From positions 31,646 to 95,645 of the forward strand of contig CAZGTM010000002.1 of assembly GCA_964528595.1 (NCBI GenBank): 64,000 nt of DNA, given 5' to 3'. Both the position numbers and the translations under genes were made by a program. The notes beneath the pieces were generated by a model. It was not told the DNA's origin and made no database searches. It saw nothing but the letters and a program-made list of their open reading frames with translations. This stretch comes from an uncultured Rhodospirillaceae bacterium. GTDB taxonomy: Bacteria; Pseudomonadota; Alphaproteobacteria; UBA2966. Shown here piece after piece: positions 40,262-50,215 of this stretch. Positions within the stretch are counted from its first letter, which is position 1. Every line of letters starts with the position of its first letter.

Positions 40262-41581
40262 ATGGCCTCGGAAAAGGTACAGGAAGAAACCGCTGCGTCC
40301 ATGACGCTCACCGACAATGCGTCAGGCCGAACCATTGACCTGCCCGTGCTCGGAGGTTCCGTCGGACCCAATGTCGTGGACATCCGGAAACTATATGGCG
40401 AAACCGGTCACTTTACCTTCGACCCGGGGTTTGTCTCGACGGCAAGCTGTGAATCCGCCATCACCTATATCGACGGTGACGAGGGCGTGCTCCTGTACCG
40501 CGGCTATGCCATCGACGAACTGGCGGAAAACAGCGATTTCCTGGAAGTCTGTTACCTGCTGCTCGACGGTGAACTGCCGACCCAGGCCCAGAAGGAGAAG
40601 TTCGAGCACGACATCACCTATCACTCGATGATCCACGAACAGTTGACGCAGTTCTTCCGCGGTTTCCGGCGCGATGCCCACCCCATGGCCATCATGTGCG
40701 GCGTCGTCGGCGCGCTCAGCGCCTTTTATCACGACAGCACGGACATCAGCGATGAACACCAGCGCATGGTCGCTTCGCACCGCATGATCGCCAAGATGCC
40801 GACCCTTGCCGCTATGGCCTATAAATATTCGATCGGCCAGCCGTTCTGTTATCCCCGCAACAACCTGAGTTATGCCGAAAACTTCCTGCGCATGATGTTC
40901 AAGGTGCCGGCGGAGGACTATGAAGTCAGCCCCGTCTTGGCCCGCGCCATGGACAAAATCTTCATCCTGCACGCCGATCACGAACAGAATGCCTCAACCT
41001 CGACCGTCCGCCTGGCGGGCTCGTCGGGCGCCAATCCGTTCGCCTGCATCGCGGCCGGCATCGCCTGCCTGTGGGGGCCGGCCCACGGCGGCGCCAACGA
41101 AGCGGTGCTGGAAATGCTCGAGGAAATCGGCTCCCTTGAACGCATTCCCGAATTCGTGGAGAAAGCCAAGGACAAGGACGATCCTTTCCGCCTGATGGGC
41201 TTCGGCCATCGCGTTTATAAGAACCACGACCCGCGCGCCACGGTGCTGCGCCAGAGTTGCCACGAGGTGCTCGACGAATTGGGCATCCGCGACGAGCCTC
41301 TGCTGGCCTTGGCCATGGAACTGGAGCGCATCGCCCTGGAGGACGAGTACTTCATCGAGAAGAAGCTCTACCCCAACGTCGACTTCTATTCCGGCATCAT
41401 CCTGCGCGCCATGGGCTTTCCGACGTCGATGTTCACGGTGCTGTTCGCCCTGGCCCGTACGGTCGGCTGGGTGGCGCAGTGGAAGGAAATGATCGTCGAT
41501 CCGACCCAGAAAATCGGCCGGCCGCGGCAACTTTACACCGGCGCAGACCAGCGCGCCTTCGTGCCGGTCGGCGAGCGCTAG
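40262..41581 (+). CDS. gltA: Citrate synthase (type II)
   Basis: The protein is a full-length citrate synthase with catalytic His (GFGHRVYK) and Asp regions. I placed the start at MASEK, which has an AGGAAGGA Shine-Dalgarno sequence. Confidence 0.95.
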   Translation: MASEKVQEETAASMTLTDNASGRTIDLPVLGGSVGPNVVDIRKLYGETGHFTFDPGFVSTASCESAITYIDGDEGVLLYRGYAIDELAENSDFLEVCYLLLDGELPTQAQKEKFEHDITYHSMIHEQLTQFFRGFRRDAHPMAIMCGVVGALSAFYHDSTDISDEHQRMVASHRMIAKMPTLAAMAYKYSIGQPFCYPRNNLSYAENFLRMMFKVPAEDYEVSPVLARAMDKIFILHADHEQNASTSTVRLAGSSGANPFACIAAGIACLWGPAHGGANEAVLEMLEEIGSLERIPEFVEKAKDKDDPFRLMGFGHRVYKNHDPRATVLRQSCHEVLDELGIRDEPLLALAMELERIALEDEYFIEKKLYPNVDFYSGIILRAMGFPTSMFTVLFALARTVGWVAQWKEMIVDPTQKIGRPRQLYTGADQRAFVPVGER

Positions 41582-41599
41582 GGATCAGGCGGCAGCTCG

Positions 41600-41797
41600 G
41601 TGTTTCAGCGAACCGCCCTCGGGCGAAAGCTGCCGGTACCGGCCAACGACCAGCCGGGCCGGCGCGGCTCCCGCGCCCGCTTCGCCGACCTCCCCATCAT
41701 CAACGACAACCGCCCACCGCTGTGGCGCCGCCGCAGCGTCCGGTGGGCGGCGCTGGCCGTCCTCGTCGGGGCGGCGGTCTACTGGATTTACGCCTAA
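41600..41797 (+). CDS. Possible small membrane-anchored protein of 65 aa
   Basis: The ORF fills the gltA-gloA gap and ends in a hydrophobic helix, WAALAVLVGAAVYWIYA. No Shine-Dalgarno sequence was identified. It could be spurious. Confidence 0.25.
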   Translation: MFQRTALGRKLPVPANDQPGRRGSRARFADLPIINDNRPPLWRRRSVRWAALAVLVGAAVYWIYA

Positions 41798-41800
41798 TCC

Positions 41801-42217
41801 CTAATCCCGTTCGACCAGTTCAACCTTGTAGCCGTCGGGGTCCTCGATGAAGGCGATGGCACGGGTGCCGTGCTTCATGGGGCCGGCGGGTCGGGGAATG
41901 GGCACGCCTTCGGCGGCCAGCTGATCGCAGGTGCCGTAGATATCCGGCACGGCGATGGCGAGATGGCCGAAGCCGTCGCCGATTTCGTAAGGCGTTTCCT
42001 GGTCCCAATTGTAGGTCAGTTCCACCACCGTGTTGCTCTCCTCATCGCCGTAGCCGACGAAGCAGAGGGTGAACTTGCCGCCGGGAAACTCACTCTCGCG
42101 CAAAACCTTCATGCCGAGGTGGCGGGTATAGAAATCCTTGGATTTTTCCAAGTCCTTCACCCGGATCATGGTGTGCAAATAACGAAAACCGGTGGTGTCG
42201 ATGGCGCTGTCAGTCAT
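41801..42217 (-). CDS. gloA: Lactoylglutathione lyase (glyoxalase I)
   Basis: The protein aligns with E. coli GloA. Matching segments are YLHTMIRVKDLEKSKDFYT..LGMK, ELTYNW, GHLAI and FIEDPDGYKVEL. Confidence 0.9.
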   Translation of the reverse strand: MTDSAIDTTGFRYLHTMIRVKDLEKSKDFYTRHLGMKVLRESEFPGGKFTLCFVGYGDEESNTVVELTYNWDQETPYEIGDGFGHLAIAVPDIYGTCDQLAAEGVPIPRPAGPMKHGTRAIAFIEDPDGYKVELVERD

Positions 42218-43404
42218 GGCTGCGGAGCTCTCTTCTGTTGTGGCGAAATTCGGGATTTGGTCTCGAGTACTTGAAGGACGACGTCGGCGGCGCGCTCGAC
42301 GGGCGGCGAACCCCCTGCCCCCAAGGCAGCCGCGACTTGACGCCCGGCTTCAATTTGCGCGTTGCGCACCTGTTCATCAACCAGAATCTTCTCGACGGCA
42401 GGCCTGAGATTGCCGGGCGTGCATCTTTCCTGCAAGAACTCCGGTATGACCTCGCGTTCGAGGACGAGATTGGTCAGAGACACCATGTCGACCTGGGCCA
42501 TGCGCCGGACGATTGCCATGGTCAGAGGATTCATGCGGTACGCCACCACCGCGGGGACGGCGGCCAGCGAAAGTTCGAGCGCGACCGTGCCGGACGCCGC
42601 CAACGCGCCGTTCATGGCGGCGAAGGCGGACGCCTTCTCGTCTGCGCCGACGATGGTGAGCGGGGTATCGCGGCCGCCCAGTCCCGCACGCACCGTTTCA
42701 TGCAGGTGTGACAGGGTGACCGACACGAGGTGGAGGTTGGGATGGTTTGCGGCCAACCGCGTCGCCGTTTCCCGGAATACCGGCAACAGCCTCGAAAGCT
42801 CGCCCTGCCGGCTGCCGGGCAGGATCCCCAGGACCAGACCATCCATGGGAATGCCGTGGGCCTCCCGGAACGCCTTGCCGTCTCCCGCCGGCGCGCTGAC
42901 CGCCGTGTGGCCGACAAACGTGCAGGGCAGCCCCTCGGCCTCGAAATAGGGCGGTTCGAACGGCAAAACGGCGAGGAGATGGTCGAGAAAGCCTGCGATT
43001 TTTTTGGCCCGTCCCGGTTTCCAGGCCCAGACCGTGGGCGCCACGTAATGCACGATGGGTATGCCGTGCCCGTGAATTTTCCGGCCCAAGCGGAAATTGA
43101 AACCGGGCGCATCGATCGTGATCAGCACGTCCGGCTTTTCGCTCAACGCGAGATCGACCGTCTGACGCAGCCGGCGCAGGATCAAACCAACCCGGGGCAG
43201 GATTTCCGCCAGTCCCATCACCGCGATGTCGGACATCGGGAACAGGCTCTGCAATCCTTGCCCACTCATGGCCTCGCCGCCGAGGCCCAGAAATTCGACA
43301 TCGCTGTCCAGGCGTTGTTTGAGCGCCGCCATCAACGGCCCGCCCAGAGCATCGCCCGAGGGCTCGCCGGCGACGATCATGATGCGAACTTTGTCACCCG
43401 CCAT
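42214..43404 (-). CDS. lpxB: Lipid-A-disaccharide synthase
   Basis: IMIVAGEPSGD and ITIDAPGFN are present, with a C-terminal glycosyltransferase domain. Confidence 0.95.
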   Translation of the reverse strand: MAGDKVRIMIVAGEPSGDALGGPLMAALKQRLDSDVEFLGLGGEAMSGQGLQSLFPMSDIAVMGLAEILPRVGLILRRLRQTVDLALSEKPDVLITIDAPGFNFRLGRKIHGHGIPIVHYVAPTVWAWKPGRAKKIAGFLDHLLAVLPFEPPYFEAEGLPCTFVGHTAVSAPAGDGKAFREAHGIPMDGLVLGILPGSRQGELSRLLPVFRETATRLAANHPNLHLVSVTLSHLHETVRAGLGGRDTPLTIVGADEKASAFAAMNGALAASGTVALELSLAAVPAVVAYRMNPLTMAIVRRMAQVDMVSLTNLVLEREVIPEFLQERCTPGNLRPAVEKILVDEQVRNAQIEAGRQVAAALGAGGSPPVERAADVVLQVLETKSRISPQQKRAPQP

Positions 43405-44114
43405 TAGCGCGCAACCAATTTCCTGACGGTTTCAAGCACCGCATCGCGCGGCATGCCGGGCCAGACCGAGCGATGATAAAGCAACGCCAAAAGCTTCCGA
43501 TCGAGATCGGTGTGACCGTCGGTCGCCGATTCATAATTTAGAACCGAAAACGCCTTGGGATGGAATGGCAGACCCAGGGTGTGACCGAGCTCATGATACA
43601 AACACTTGCGCCGGCCGGATCGGCCCGCCACCGCATGATCCGCGCCCTTGGCGTATACCACAGCCCGGATAATGCGGTCGTTGGCGATCCACAAGTTCGA
43701 CCAGCAAAAGCCGGCCTGCAGTTGTTTCATCAAATCCGGTGATGGAGCGCCACCCTCGCGTTCGAGAAATTTGTGGAAGGCGTCGGGATCACCGAAAAAC
43801 ACGGCAAGGGCTGCCCGCCGCGCCGCACCCCGGGGAGCGGGCGCCGCCACATCGATGTCCAGGCCGGCGGCTTCAGATACTTCCGCTACGTATTCCTCCA
43901 GAAGCTTTTCGCCCTCGGGATCGCTGTCTCCCATGACCGTAATGCGGATCGGGCCGACCCACTTGGCCACCCCAGGCTGGCCGCTGCCGTCTTCTCCGAA
44001 AACGGCCTGATCGAACGCCAGAACTGTCGGGTCGGCGGCAAAACCAGGTGACAAGGCGGCTGCGGCCAACACCCCGCATAAAGCCAACAAGCACTTTCCC
44101 ATCAACCGGCCCAT
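43404..44114 (-). CDS. Secreted or periplasmic HExxH-motif protein (DUF2927-like putative zinc metallopeptidase)
   Basis: A signal peptide (MGRLMGKCLLALCGVLAAAALSPGFAADP) is followed by YHELGHTLGLPFHP, an HExxH motif. A GGAG Shine-Dalgarno sequence supports the start. The track N-terminal extension runs into lpxI in another frame, so I rejected it. Confidence 0.7.
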   Translation of the reverse strand: MGRLMGKCLLALCGVLAAAALSPGFAADPTVLAFDQAVFGEDGSGQPGVAKWVGPIRITVMGDSDPEGEKLLEEYVAEVSEAAGLDIDVAAPAPRGAARRAALAVFFGDPDAFHKFLEREGGAPSPDLMKQLQAGFCWSNLWIANDRIIRAVVYAKGADHAVAGRSGRRKCLYHELGHTLGLPFHPKAFSVLNYESATDGHTDLDRKLLALLYHRSVWPGMPRDAVLETVRKLVAR

Positions 44115-44122
44115 GGTGGCTC

Positions 44123-44950
44123 CTAGCCTTCGGCGGTGTCGATCCCGACAATAAAAATGCCCGCAGCGTCGGCCGCCTCGCCAACCGCCGAACGGTCCAC
44201 GACCAACGCATGGCCGGCCTCGACAGCGATACCCGCCAAACCCGCTTCCATCGCCGCCCGAACGGTATCGATTCCGATGGTCGGCAGATCGGTGCGGCGT
44301 TCCTGGCCAGGTTTGCTGACCTTTACCAGCACGCCGGGATTGCCCTCGCGTCGCAGGGATCCGCAACGTTCCAGCAAACGGTCCGTGCCCTCGGCGGCCT
44401 CGACACCTAAAACGTGGCCTTGCTGAACGACGACGGCTTGTCCGACGTCCAACGCACCCAGAGTTCGGGCGACTTCCACCCCGCGGGCAATATCGCTGAG
44501 CGCGTCCTTGTCGGGTTCATGCTTGCCAAGCGCCCCGCTGCTCGCCAGCAAACCGCCGACAATGTCGTCGATGCCGACGACGCGATAACCTTCGCTTTCG
44601 AACTCCTCGACCAAAACCCGCAAAAGCGCGTCGTCACCGCCGGCCTTCAACAGTTTGGGGATCAGCTTCATGCCCCGAAGATCGGGCTTTACGGAACTCA
44701 GGGAAGGACGTTCGATGGGACCGGCCATGACCACCTCGGCGCAGCCCTCCGCCCCAAGCACCGACAAGACCTTGCCGACCGCGCCGATGTCGACCCAGGT
44801 ATGCGGCAGTGCCGTCAGCATCGCCTCGTCACAATGTTCCTTCAGGGCAATAACGTGGCAGTCCCGTCCTTGATCCCGGCACGCATTCGCCAAACGGCTC
44901 GGCCACGCGCCACCGCCCGCGATGATGCCGAGCTTGGCGGGAGCGGACAT
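44123..44950 (-). CDS. lpxI: UDP-2,3-diacylglucosamine pyrophosphatase LpxI (DUF1009)
   Basis: LGIIAGGG is present, and the C-terminal VVQQGHVLGVEAAEGTD is the LpxI-family signature. The gene sits in the LpxI position between lpxA and lpxB. Confidence 0.85.
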   Translation of the reverse strand: MSAPAKLGIIAGGGAWPSRLANACRDQGRDCHVIALKEHCDEAMLTALPHTWVDIGAVGKVLSVLGAEGCAEVVMAGPIERPSLSSVKPDLRGMKLIPKLLKAGGDDALLRVLVEEFESEGYRVVGIDDIVGGLLASSGALGKHEPDKDALSDIARGVEVARTLGALDVGQAVVVQQGHVLGVEAAEGTDRLLERCGSLRREGNPGVLVKVSKPGQERRTDLPTIGIDTVRAAMEAGLAGIAVEAGHALVVDRSAVGEAADAAGIFIVGIDTAEG

Positions 44951-44956
44951 CGGAAA

Positions 44957-45751
44957 TCAGTCTCCGGGTTTGGGTTGGCAAAAAGCGCGCGACGTATCGG
45001 CCTGCATGAATTCGACGACCGACATCACCGCTTCCGACGAGCCGAACTGATCCGCCACTTCGGCAACGCGGTCCTGCAGCGTGCCTTGATCGGTAAAGAG
45101 ATGCCCGAAGGCCGAGCGCAAAGCGCTTATTTCCTCACGATTCATACCGCGTCGTTTCATGCCGATAATATTCAAGCCGCCGAGCACGGCGCGCTCACCG
45201 CTGACGGAACCGAAGGGAATGACGTCATGGTCGACCGCCGACATACCGCCGATCATGGCGTGTGCGCCGATCCTGACGAACTGATGCACGCCGACGGACC
45301 CGCCCAGAATGGCGAAGTCGTCGATTATGACATGTCCGCCGAGAACGGTGGCCTGGGCCAGGATCACGTTATTGCCGATGATGCAGTCATGGGCGACGTG
45401 GACCGACCCCATGAGGAGGCAATCGTCGCCGATTTTCGTGTTGCCGCCGCCGCCGTCCGTACCGGGATGAACGGTCACGTACTCGCGGATCGTCGTCCGT
45501 GCGCCGATCTCCACCACAGAATTCTCGCCATCGTATTTCAGGTCCTGCGGCTCATGTCCCAGCGAGGCAAAGGGAAAAATTCGTGTGCCCTCTCCGATGC
45601 TCGTGCGACCGTCGATCACGACGTGGGACTTGAGCTCAACATTGTCCGCCAGCGAAACGTTCGGCCCGATACAACAATAGGGACCGATGGTTACGCCATC
45701 CCCGATTTGCGCGCCCTCTTCGATAATCGCGCTGGGGTGAATGGCGCTCAT
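44957..45751 (-). CDS. lpxA: Acyl-ACP--UDP-N-acetylglucosamine O-acyltransferase
   Basis: Left-handed beta-helix hexapeptide repeats are present. The start [11 protein letters not shown] matches the LpxA N-terminus. A TGATG stop/start overlap links it to fabZ. Confidence 0.95.
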   Translation of the reverse strand: MSAIHPSAIIEEGAQIGDGVTIGPYCCIGPNVSLADNVELKSHVVIDGRTSIGEGTRIFPFASLGHEPQDLKYDGENSVVEIGARTTIREYVTVHPGTDGGGGNTKIGDDCLLMGSVHVAHDCIIGNNVILAQATVLGGHVIIDDFAILGGSVGVHQFVRIGAHAMIGGMSAVDHDVIPFGSVSGERAVLGGLNIIGMKRRGMNREEISALRSAFGHLFTDQGTLQDRVAEVADQFGSSEAVMSVVEFMQADTSRAFCQPKPGD

Positions 45752-46230
45752 CAGGCGTCCTCGGGATCGACAATCATTGCCGTAAACAGAGCTTCCGCGC
45801 ACACGGCGTCATCAACAATCGCTTTGCCGTTGAACCGCCAGACGTTGCCGCGCTGCCGATCCTTCGTAATTTGGATGTACATGCGGTCACCGGGCGTGAC
45901 GGGTTTTCTGAACTTGGCATTTTCGATACTCATGAAATAGACCAGCTTGTTGAGGCCGGCATCGCCCAGGGTCTTGACGACTAGAACCGCCGAAGTTTGA
46001 GCCATCGATTCCACGATCATGACGCCCGGCATGACGGGATGGCCGGGGAAATGCCCTTGGAACTGCGGTTCGTTCATCGTGACGTTCTTGATTCCGGTGG
46101 CGCTTTCGCCGATGACGACATCCTTGACCTTGTCGACCAACAAAAGTGGGTAACGGTGTGGAATCATCTCCAGGATCTGTTTGATCTCGATGGGATCCAC
46201 TTCCGCCGGTGGTGTCGTTTCGTTCATTGC
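45751..46230 (-). CDS. fabZ: 3-hydroxyacyl-ACP dehydratase FabZ
   Basis: [11 protein letters not shown] and [11 protein letters not shown] (hot-dog fold) are present. I placed the start at MNETTPP. Confidence 0.95.
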   Translation of the reverse strand, partial: AMNETTPPAEVDPIEIKQILEMIPHRYPLLLVDKVKDVVIGESATGIKNVTMNEPQFQGHFPGHPVMPGVMIVESMAQTSAVLVVKTLGDAGLNKLVYFMSIENAKFRKPVTPGDRMYIQITKDRQRGNVWRFNGKAIVDDAVCAEALFTAMIVDPEDA

Positions 46231-47252
46231 CTCTGCCTTCTTTCCTTCACCAATCTGGCCAATACGATCGATTGCCGGTGCCAATCCTTGACGGGCTGTG
46301 CGGGATAACCGCCGACCACGGTTCCTGCCGGCACATCCTTGATAACGCCGCTTTTGGCTGCGATCTGCGCACCGGCGCCGATCTGCAGGTGGCCGGCGAT
46401 GCCGACCTGTCCCCCCAACACGACGTAATCCCCGATTTTGGTGCTGCCGCTGATGCCCACTTGGGAGACGACAATGCACCCCCGGCCCAGTTCGACATTA
46501 TGACCGATCTGCACCAGGTTATCGATCCAACAGCCATCGCCAATCAGGGTATCGGGGCCGCTGCCCCGGTCGATGCAGGTGTTGGCGCCGATCTCGACAT
46601 TGTCTCCAATTACAACCAAACCCAGTTGCGGCACCTTGACGTGGCCCCCTGGATCAGGTGCGAAACCGAAGCCGTCCTGACCTATCCTGACGCCGGGATA
46701 AATTCGAACGTTGTCACCGATCCGGCAATGGCTAAGCGACGCGCCCGGCCCAATGGAGCAATTGCCGCCGATCACGACGCCCGGCGCGATGACGGCATTC
46801 TCTCCGACCGATGTGCCGGTGCCGAGAATAGCGCCGGCGCCGATCACCGCACCGGCGGCGATCGCGCAGTTATCACCGATTTCAGCCTGCGGATTGACGC
46901 TCGCCTGCGGCGATATGCCGTCTTCCACTTCTTGAACTGGATAAAACGCCTGCGCCGCCACGGCATAGGCCTTGTAGGGGGCCTGCGTAATGAGGGCAAC
47001 CGTATGATTGGGCGTCTGATCGGCATGTTCCGGACGCACGATGCAGGCGCCGGCCATGGTTTCAGCCAGGGCCGGAAGGTATTTCGTATTATCGAGAAAG
47101 CTGAGATCCGCCGGGCCGGCCTTATCCAACGGGGCGACGTCTTCCAACGTCATTGACCGGCCTGAATCGCCGTCAAGTTCCGCGTCGACGAGGTCCGCCA
47201 AATCGGCAACCGTAAAGGGTCCCGCGCGCTGAAAGAAACGCGGATCTGCCAT
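46224..47252 (-). CDS. lpxD: UDP-3-O-acylglucosamine N-acyltransferase
   Basis: An N-terminal UDP-binding domain is followed by a hexapeptide-repeat beta-helix. Confidence 0.95.
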   Translation of the reverse strand: MADPRFFQRAGPFTVADLADLVDAELDGDSGRSMTLEDVAPLDKAGPADLSFLDNTKYLPALAETMAGACIVRPEHADQTPNHTVALITQAPYKAYAVAAQAFYPVQEVEDGISPQASVNPQAEIGDNCAIAAGAVIGAGAILGTGTSVGENAVIAPGVVIGGNCSIGPGASLSHCRIGDNVRIYPGVRIGQDGFGFAPDPGGHVKVPQLGLVVIGDNVEIGANTCIDRGSGPDTLIGDGCWIDNLVQIGHNVELGRGCIVVSQVGISGSTKIGDYVVLGGQVGIAGHLQIGAGAQIAAKSGVIKDVPAGTVVGGYPAQPVKDWHRQSIVLARLVKERRQRQ

Positions 47253-47836
47253 TATTGTTTGTCAGGCGCCGACTGGGGCGACGGCACCTCTACATGGCGG
47301 AGTTTCTTGTTTAGCCGTTCCAGTACGTGCTGGGTGATATCTAGGTTGCGGCGGGCAAACAGTATTTGTGATTTCTCAAGCACGATGTTGAAGCCCATTT
47401 CCTGTGTTAGTTCCGCGACGATCACACGCATCACCTTGCCCACCTCGTTCATCGATTGCGTGTACGCCCGGTCCAGTAGCCTTGTCCGGTCCTGGACGGA
47501 CCTCTGAACGCTCGCAACGCTATCTTCGAACAAACGCCGCTTGGCGGTGAACGCTTCCGGAGACAGCAAGGGCCTTTGCCGTTTGAGTTCCTGTTCCTCT
47601 ACCCTCAGGCGTTTTTCCTCCGCCACAATGTCTTCCCGGTAGGCAACCCGAAATCCGTCTATTTGCTTTCGGATGCTCTTGGCGGCTTCCGATTCACGGA
47701 GAATGAGTTGCTGGTCGATAAAAACGATGACGGCCGGTTCCAGTTTATCGGCCGCCGCCGCTGGTGGAGCAACGAGGCCAAGCATGACCAAGGCCGGCAC
47801 CAGAAGCGCGCGCATTGCAATAAACAACATTTTCAT
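47252..47836 (-). CDS. skp: OmpH/Skp periplasmic chaperone
   Basis: A signal peptide is followed by a long coiled-coil Skp-like domain. The gene lies directly downstream of bamA. Confidence 0.85.
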   Translation of the reverse strand: MKMLFIAMRALLVPALVMLGLVAPPAAAADKLEPAVIVFIDQQLILRESEAAKSIRKQIDGFRVAYREDIVAEEKRLRVEEQELKRQRPLLSPEAFTAKRRLFEDSVASVQRSVQDRTRLLDRAYTQSMNEVGKVMRVIVAELTQEMGFNIVLEKSQILFARRNLDITQHVLERLNKKLRHVEVPSPQSAPDKQ

Positions 47837-47881
47837 TCTCGTATTTGCCCTATCGCGAAAAATGACAACGACAAAGTCGCG

Positions 47882-50215
47882 TCAGAAACGGGTTCCGAAA
47901 CTAAAGCGGAAGAATTCCTTTTTGTCCTCGTCTTCATGTACCAGAGCTTCGGTAAAATCTAATTGAATTGGACCAAACGGCGAACTCCAGGCCACTCCAA
48001 AACCGGTTGAGAAGCGGATCGAGCCCGGGTCGGTAACATTTGTCATACTTACAAGATCCGGATCACTCAGGCTGCCGAACTCGGCGAACACGTTGCCGGT
48101 GACGCCAAATTCCTCCAGCGGACCAAGCGGGAAGCGGAGAGCCGTGGTGCCGACATAGTATATCTTGCCACCGAGCGCATCACCCGTAAGCCTGTCCCGT
48201 GGTCCGATGCCGGCCGACTCGAAACCCCTGAAATTTGTGCCGCCGACGAAATACCGGTCTGACAACCGAACCCGTTCACCCAAGCCGACGATATACCCCT
48301 CTTCGGTCGAGAAACTTCCGACCAAGTCCTCGGTGAACGGATAGTAGTAGGCAAATCGGAAATTGGACCGCAGGTAGCTGACATCACCCCCCAGGCCGGC
48401 GAGATCCTGTCCAAACCTGGCGACGAAACCCTCGTTCGGGAGAAAGCGGTTGTCGCGCACATCATAGATCAACGAATACCCCAGTGAAGAAGTCAGACGT
48501 GATCCTTCCTGAGCCGCCACGAAGGTAGAGGCGTCACTGCCGACATTTTCAATCGTGTCCTTGCGAAGCGTGTAACTCACCGACTGCCTAAGGTTCTTGG
48601 CAATGGGAAAAGCCGCCCTCAACGTGCCACCGGTAGCTGCCTCGTCATAGGAACTTTGGCTCTGGAAATCGCGCTTGAGATTGAAAACGTCGAACCCGGC
48701 TGCCAGATCCCGGTCCAGGAAATAGGGCTCGGTGAAAGAGAGGTCGATCAACTGCCGGCGCGTGGAAACGTTGAGGCCAAGTCGCAGGTCTTGCCCCCGG
48801 CCGAGTAGGTTTCTTTCCCGGATGCTGACGTCGCCGACCAATGCCTCGGAGGTCGAGTAACCAGCGCCAAAACTCAGTTCACCGGTGGACTTTTCCTTCA
48901 CGTCGACAGTGATGACGGTCCTGTCATTGGCAAAATCGCCCGCTGCGCCGCCAAGAGACTTTTCATCGAGCAGTCCCTGGTCGTCGTCAATCGCCACCTT
49001 GTCGAAGAACCCCAGCGAATTGATCCGGCGCCGGCTTTCTCTCAGTTTCGCGGTATTGAATGCATCGCCCTCAGCGAGACGGAACTCGCGCCGAACAACC
49101 TCGTCAAGGGTTCTGACGTTGTTGATGATGTCGATGCGGTCAACGTAGACCCGTGGACCTTCGCGGACACCGAATTTGACATCGATTACACGGGTCTCGC
49201 GGTCTCTATTCGTCATCGGACGGATATCGACAAAAGCAAAGCCCAACCGCCCCACTTCAAAAGTCAGCGCCTGAATGGCTTTCTCAACCTTGTCGGCGTT
49301 GTAGAATTCGCCCGTTTCTATCTCCACCAGCTTTTTCAGCTTTGTGGCGTCGATGTTTTTCAGGCCGCTTTCCACCTCAACAGTGCCAAACCGGTACTGC
49401 GACCCCTCCTCCATGGTGAAGGTGATGAAAAAATCCTTGCGGTCCCGCGTCAGTTCGGCGACCGCCGAGACGACTTGGAAATCCGCATAGCCTTTGGACA
49501 GGTAAAACCTCCGCAGCAGTTCCCGGTCGAAGGTCAGGCGGTCGGGATCATAATTGTCGTCCGAGGTGAAGAACCTGTACCACCTGGATTCCTTTGTGGC
49601 GATTTCCGAACGCAGTTGTCCATCGGAGAAACGGTGATTGCCGATGAAGTCGATCTTGCGAATCTCGGTGACCGGTCCCTCGTTGATTTCGAACACCAGA
49701 TCAACGCGGTTTTGCTCCAATAGGATGATTTTGGGCTCCACCGTCGCGGCAAAGCGGCCTTTCCGGCGATAGAGTTGGGTGATGCGCTGGACATCGTTTT
49801 GGACGCGCCGACGGGTATAGACGATGCGGGGACGCAATTGAACTTCGGTCTCCAGTTCCTCGTCTTCAATGCGCTTGTTGCCCTCGAACGCCATGCGGTT
49901 GATGATCGGATTTTCAACGATCGCAACGACGACGACATCCCCCTGCAAGCGGATCGTAACGTCGGCGAACAGTCCCGTGGCATAGAGCGCTTTTAACGAC
50001 TGATTGATGCTTTCGTTCGTGATGCGGTCGCCGGCGGCCAGCGTCATATAAGACCGAACGGCATCGTCTTCGATGCGCTGATTGCCGTCCACCTGGACGG
50101 CGCGGACCGTTCGTTGGGCGGTTTGCGCGACAACGTCCCCGTGGACGGCGATGATCATGAGCACCGCCGCGAGCCAGCCTGCAACCCGATAAACTACTCG
50201 CCCCCTAGAATTCAT
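47882..50215 (-). CDS. bamA: Outer membrane protein assembly factor BamA
   Basis: POTRA repeats are followed by a C-terminal 16-strand beta-barrel. The protein ends in ...FRFSFGTRF, an aromatic terminal residue. Confidence 0.95.
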   Translation of the reverse strand: MNSRGRVVYRVAGWLAAVLMIIAVHGDVVAQTAQRTVRAVQVDGNQRIEDDAVRSYMTLAAGDRITNESINQSLKALYATGLFADVTIRLQGDVVVVAIVENPIINRMAFEGNKRIEDEELETEVQLRPRIVYTRRRVQNDVQRITQLYRRKGRFAATVEPKIILLEQNRVDLVFEINEGPVTEIRKIDFIGNHRFSDGQLRSEIATKESRWYRFFTSDDNYDPDRLTFDRELLRRFYLSKGYADFQVVSAVAELTRDRKDFFITFTMEEGSQYRFGTVEVESGLKNIDATKLKKLVEIETGEFYNADKVEKAIQALTFEVGRLGFAFVDIRPMTNRDRETRVIDVKFGVREGPRVYVDRIDIINNVRTLDEVVRREFRLAEGDAFNTAKLRESRRRINSLGFFDKVAIDDDQGLLDEKSLGGAAGDFANDRTVITVDVKEKSTGELSFGAGYSTSEALVGDVSIRERNLLGRGQDLRLGLNVSTRRQLIDLSFTEPYFLDRDLAAGFDVFNLKRDFQSQSSYDEAATGGTLRAAFPIAKNLRQSVSYTLRKDTIENVGSDASTFVAAQEGSRLTSSLGYSLIYDVRDNRFLPNEGFVARFGQDLAGLGGDVSYLRSNFRFAYYYPFTEDLVGSFSTEEGYIVGLGERVRLSDRYFVGGTNFRGFESAGIGPRDRLTGDALGGKIYYVGTTALRFPLGPLEEFGVTGNVFAEFGSLSDPDLVSMTNVTDPGSIRFSTGFGVAWSSPFGPIQLDFTEALVHEDEDKKEFFRFSFGTRF

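Noticed and set aside
41600-41797. Alternative reading of the gltA-gloA gap as a terminator only
   Set aside because: No convincing stem plus U-tract was found. The small ORF is retained as a low-confidence CDS instead.
43404-44366. Track N-terminal extension of the HExxH protein (Gly/Arg-rich)
   Set aside because: The extension runs through the lpxI coding region in another frame. A signal peptide plus Shine-Dalgarno sequence supports the start at 44114.
44414-45940. 508-aa ORF antisense to lpxI/lpxA
   Set aside because: It overlaps two conserved lpx genes and has no homology signal.
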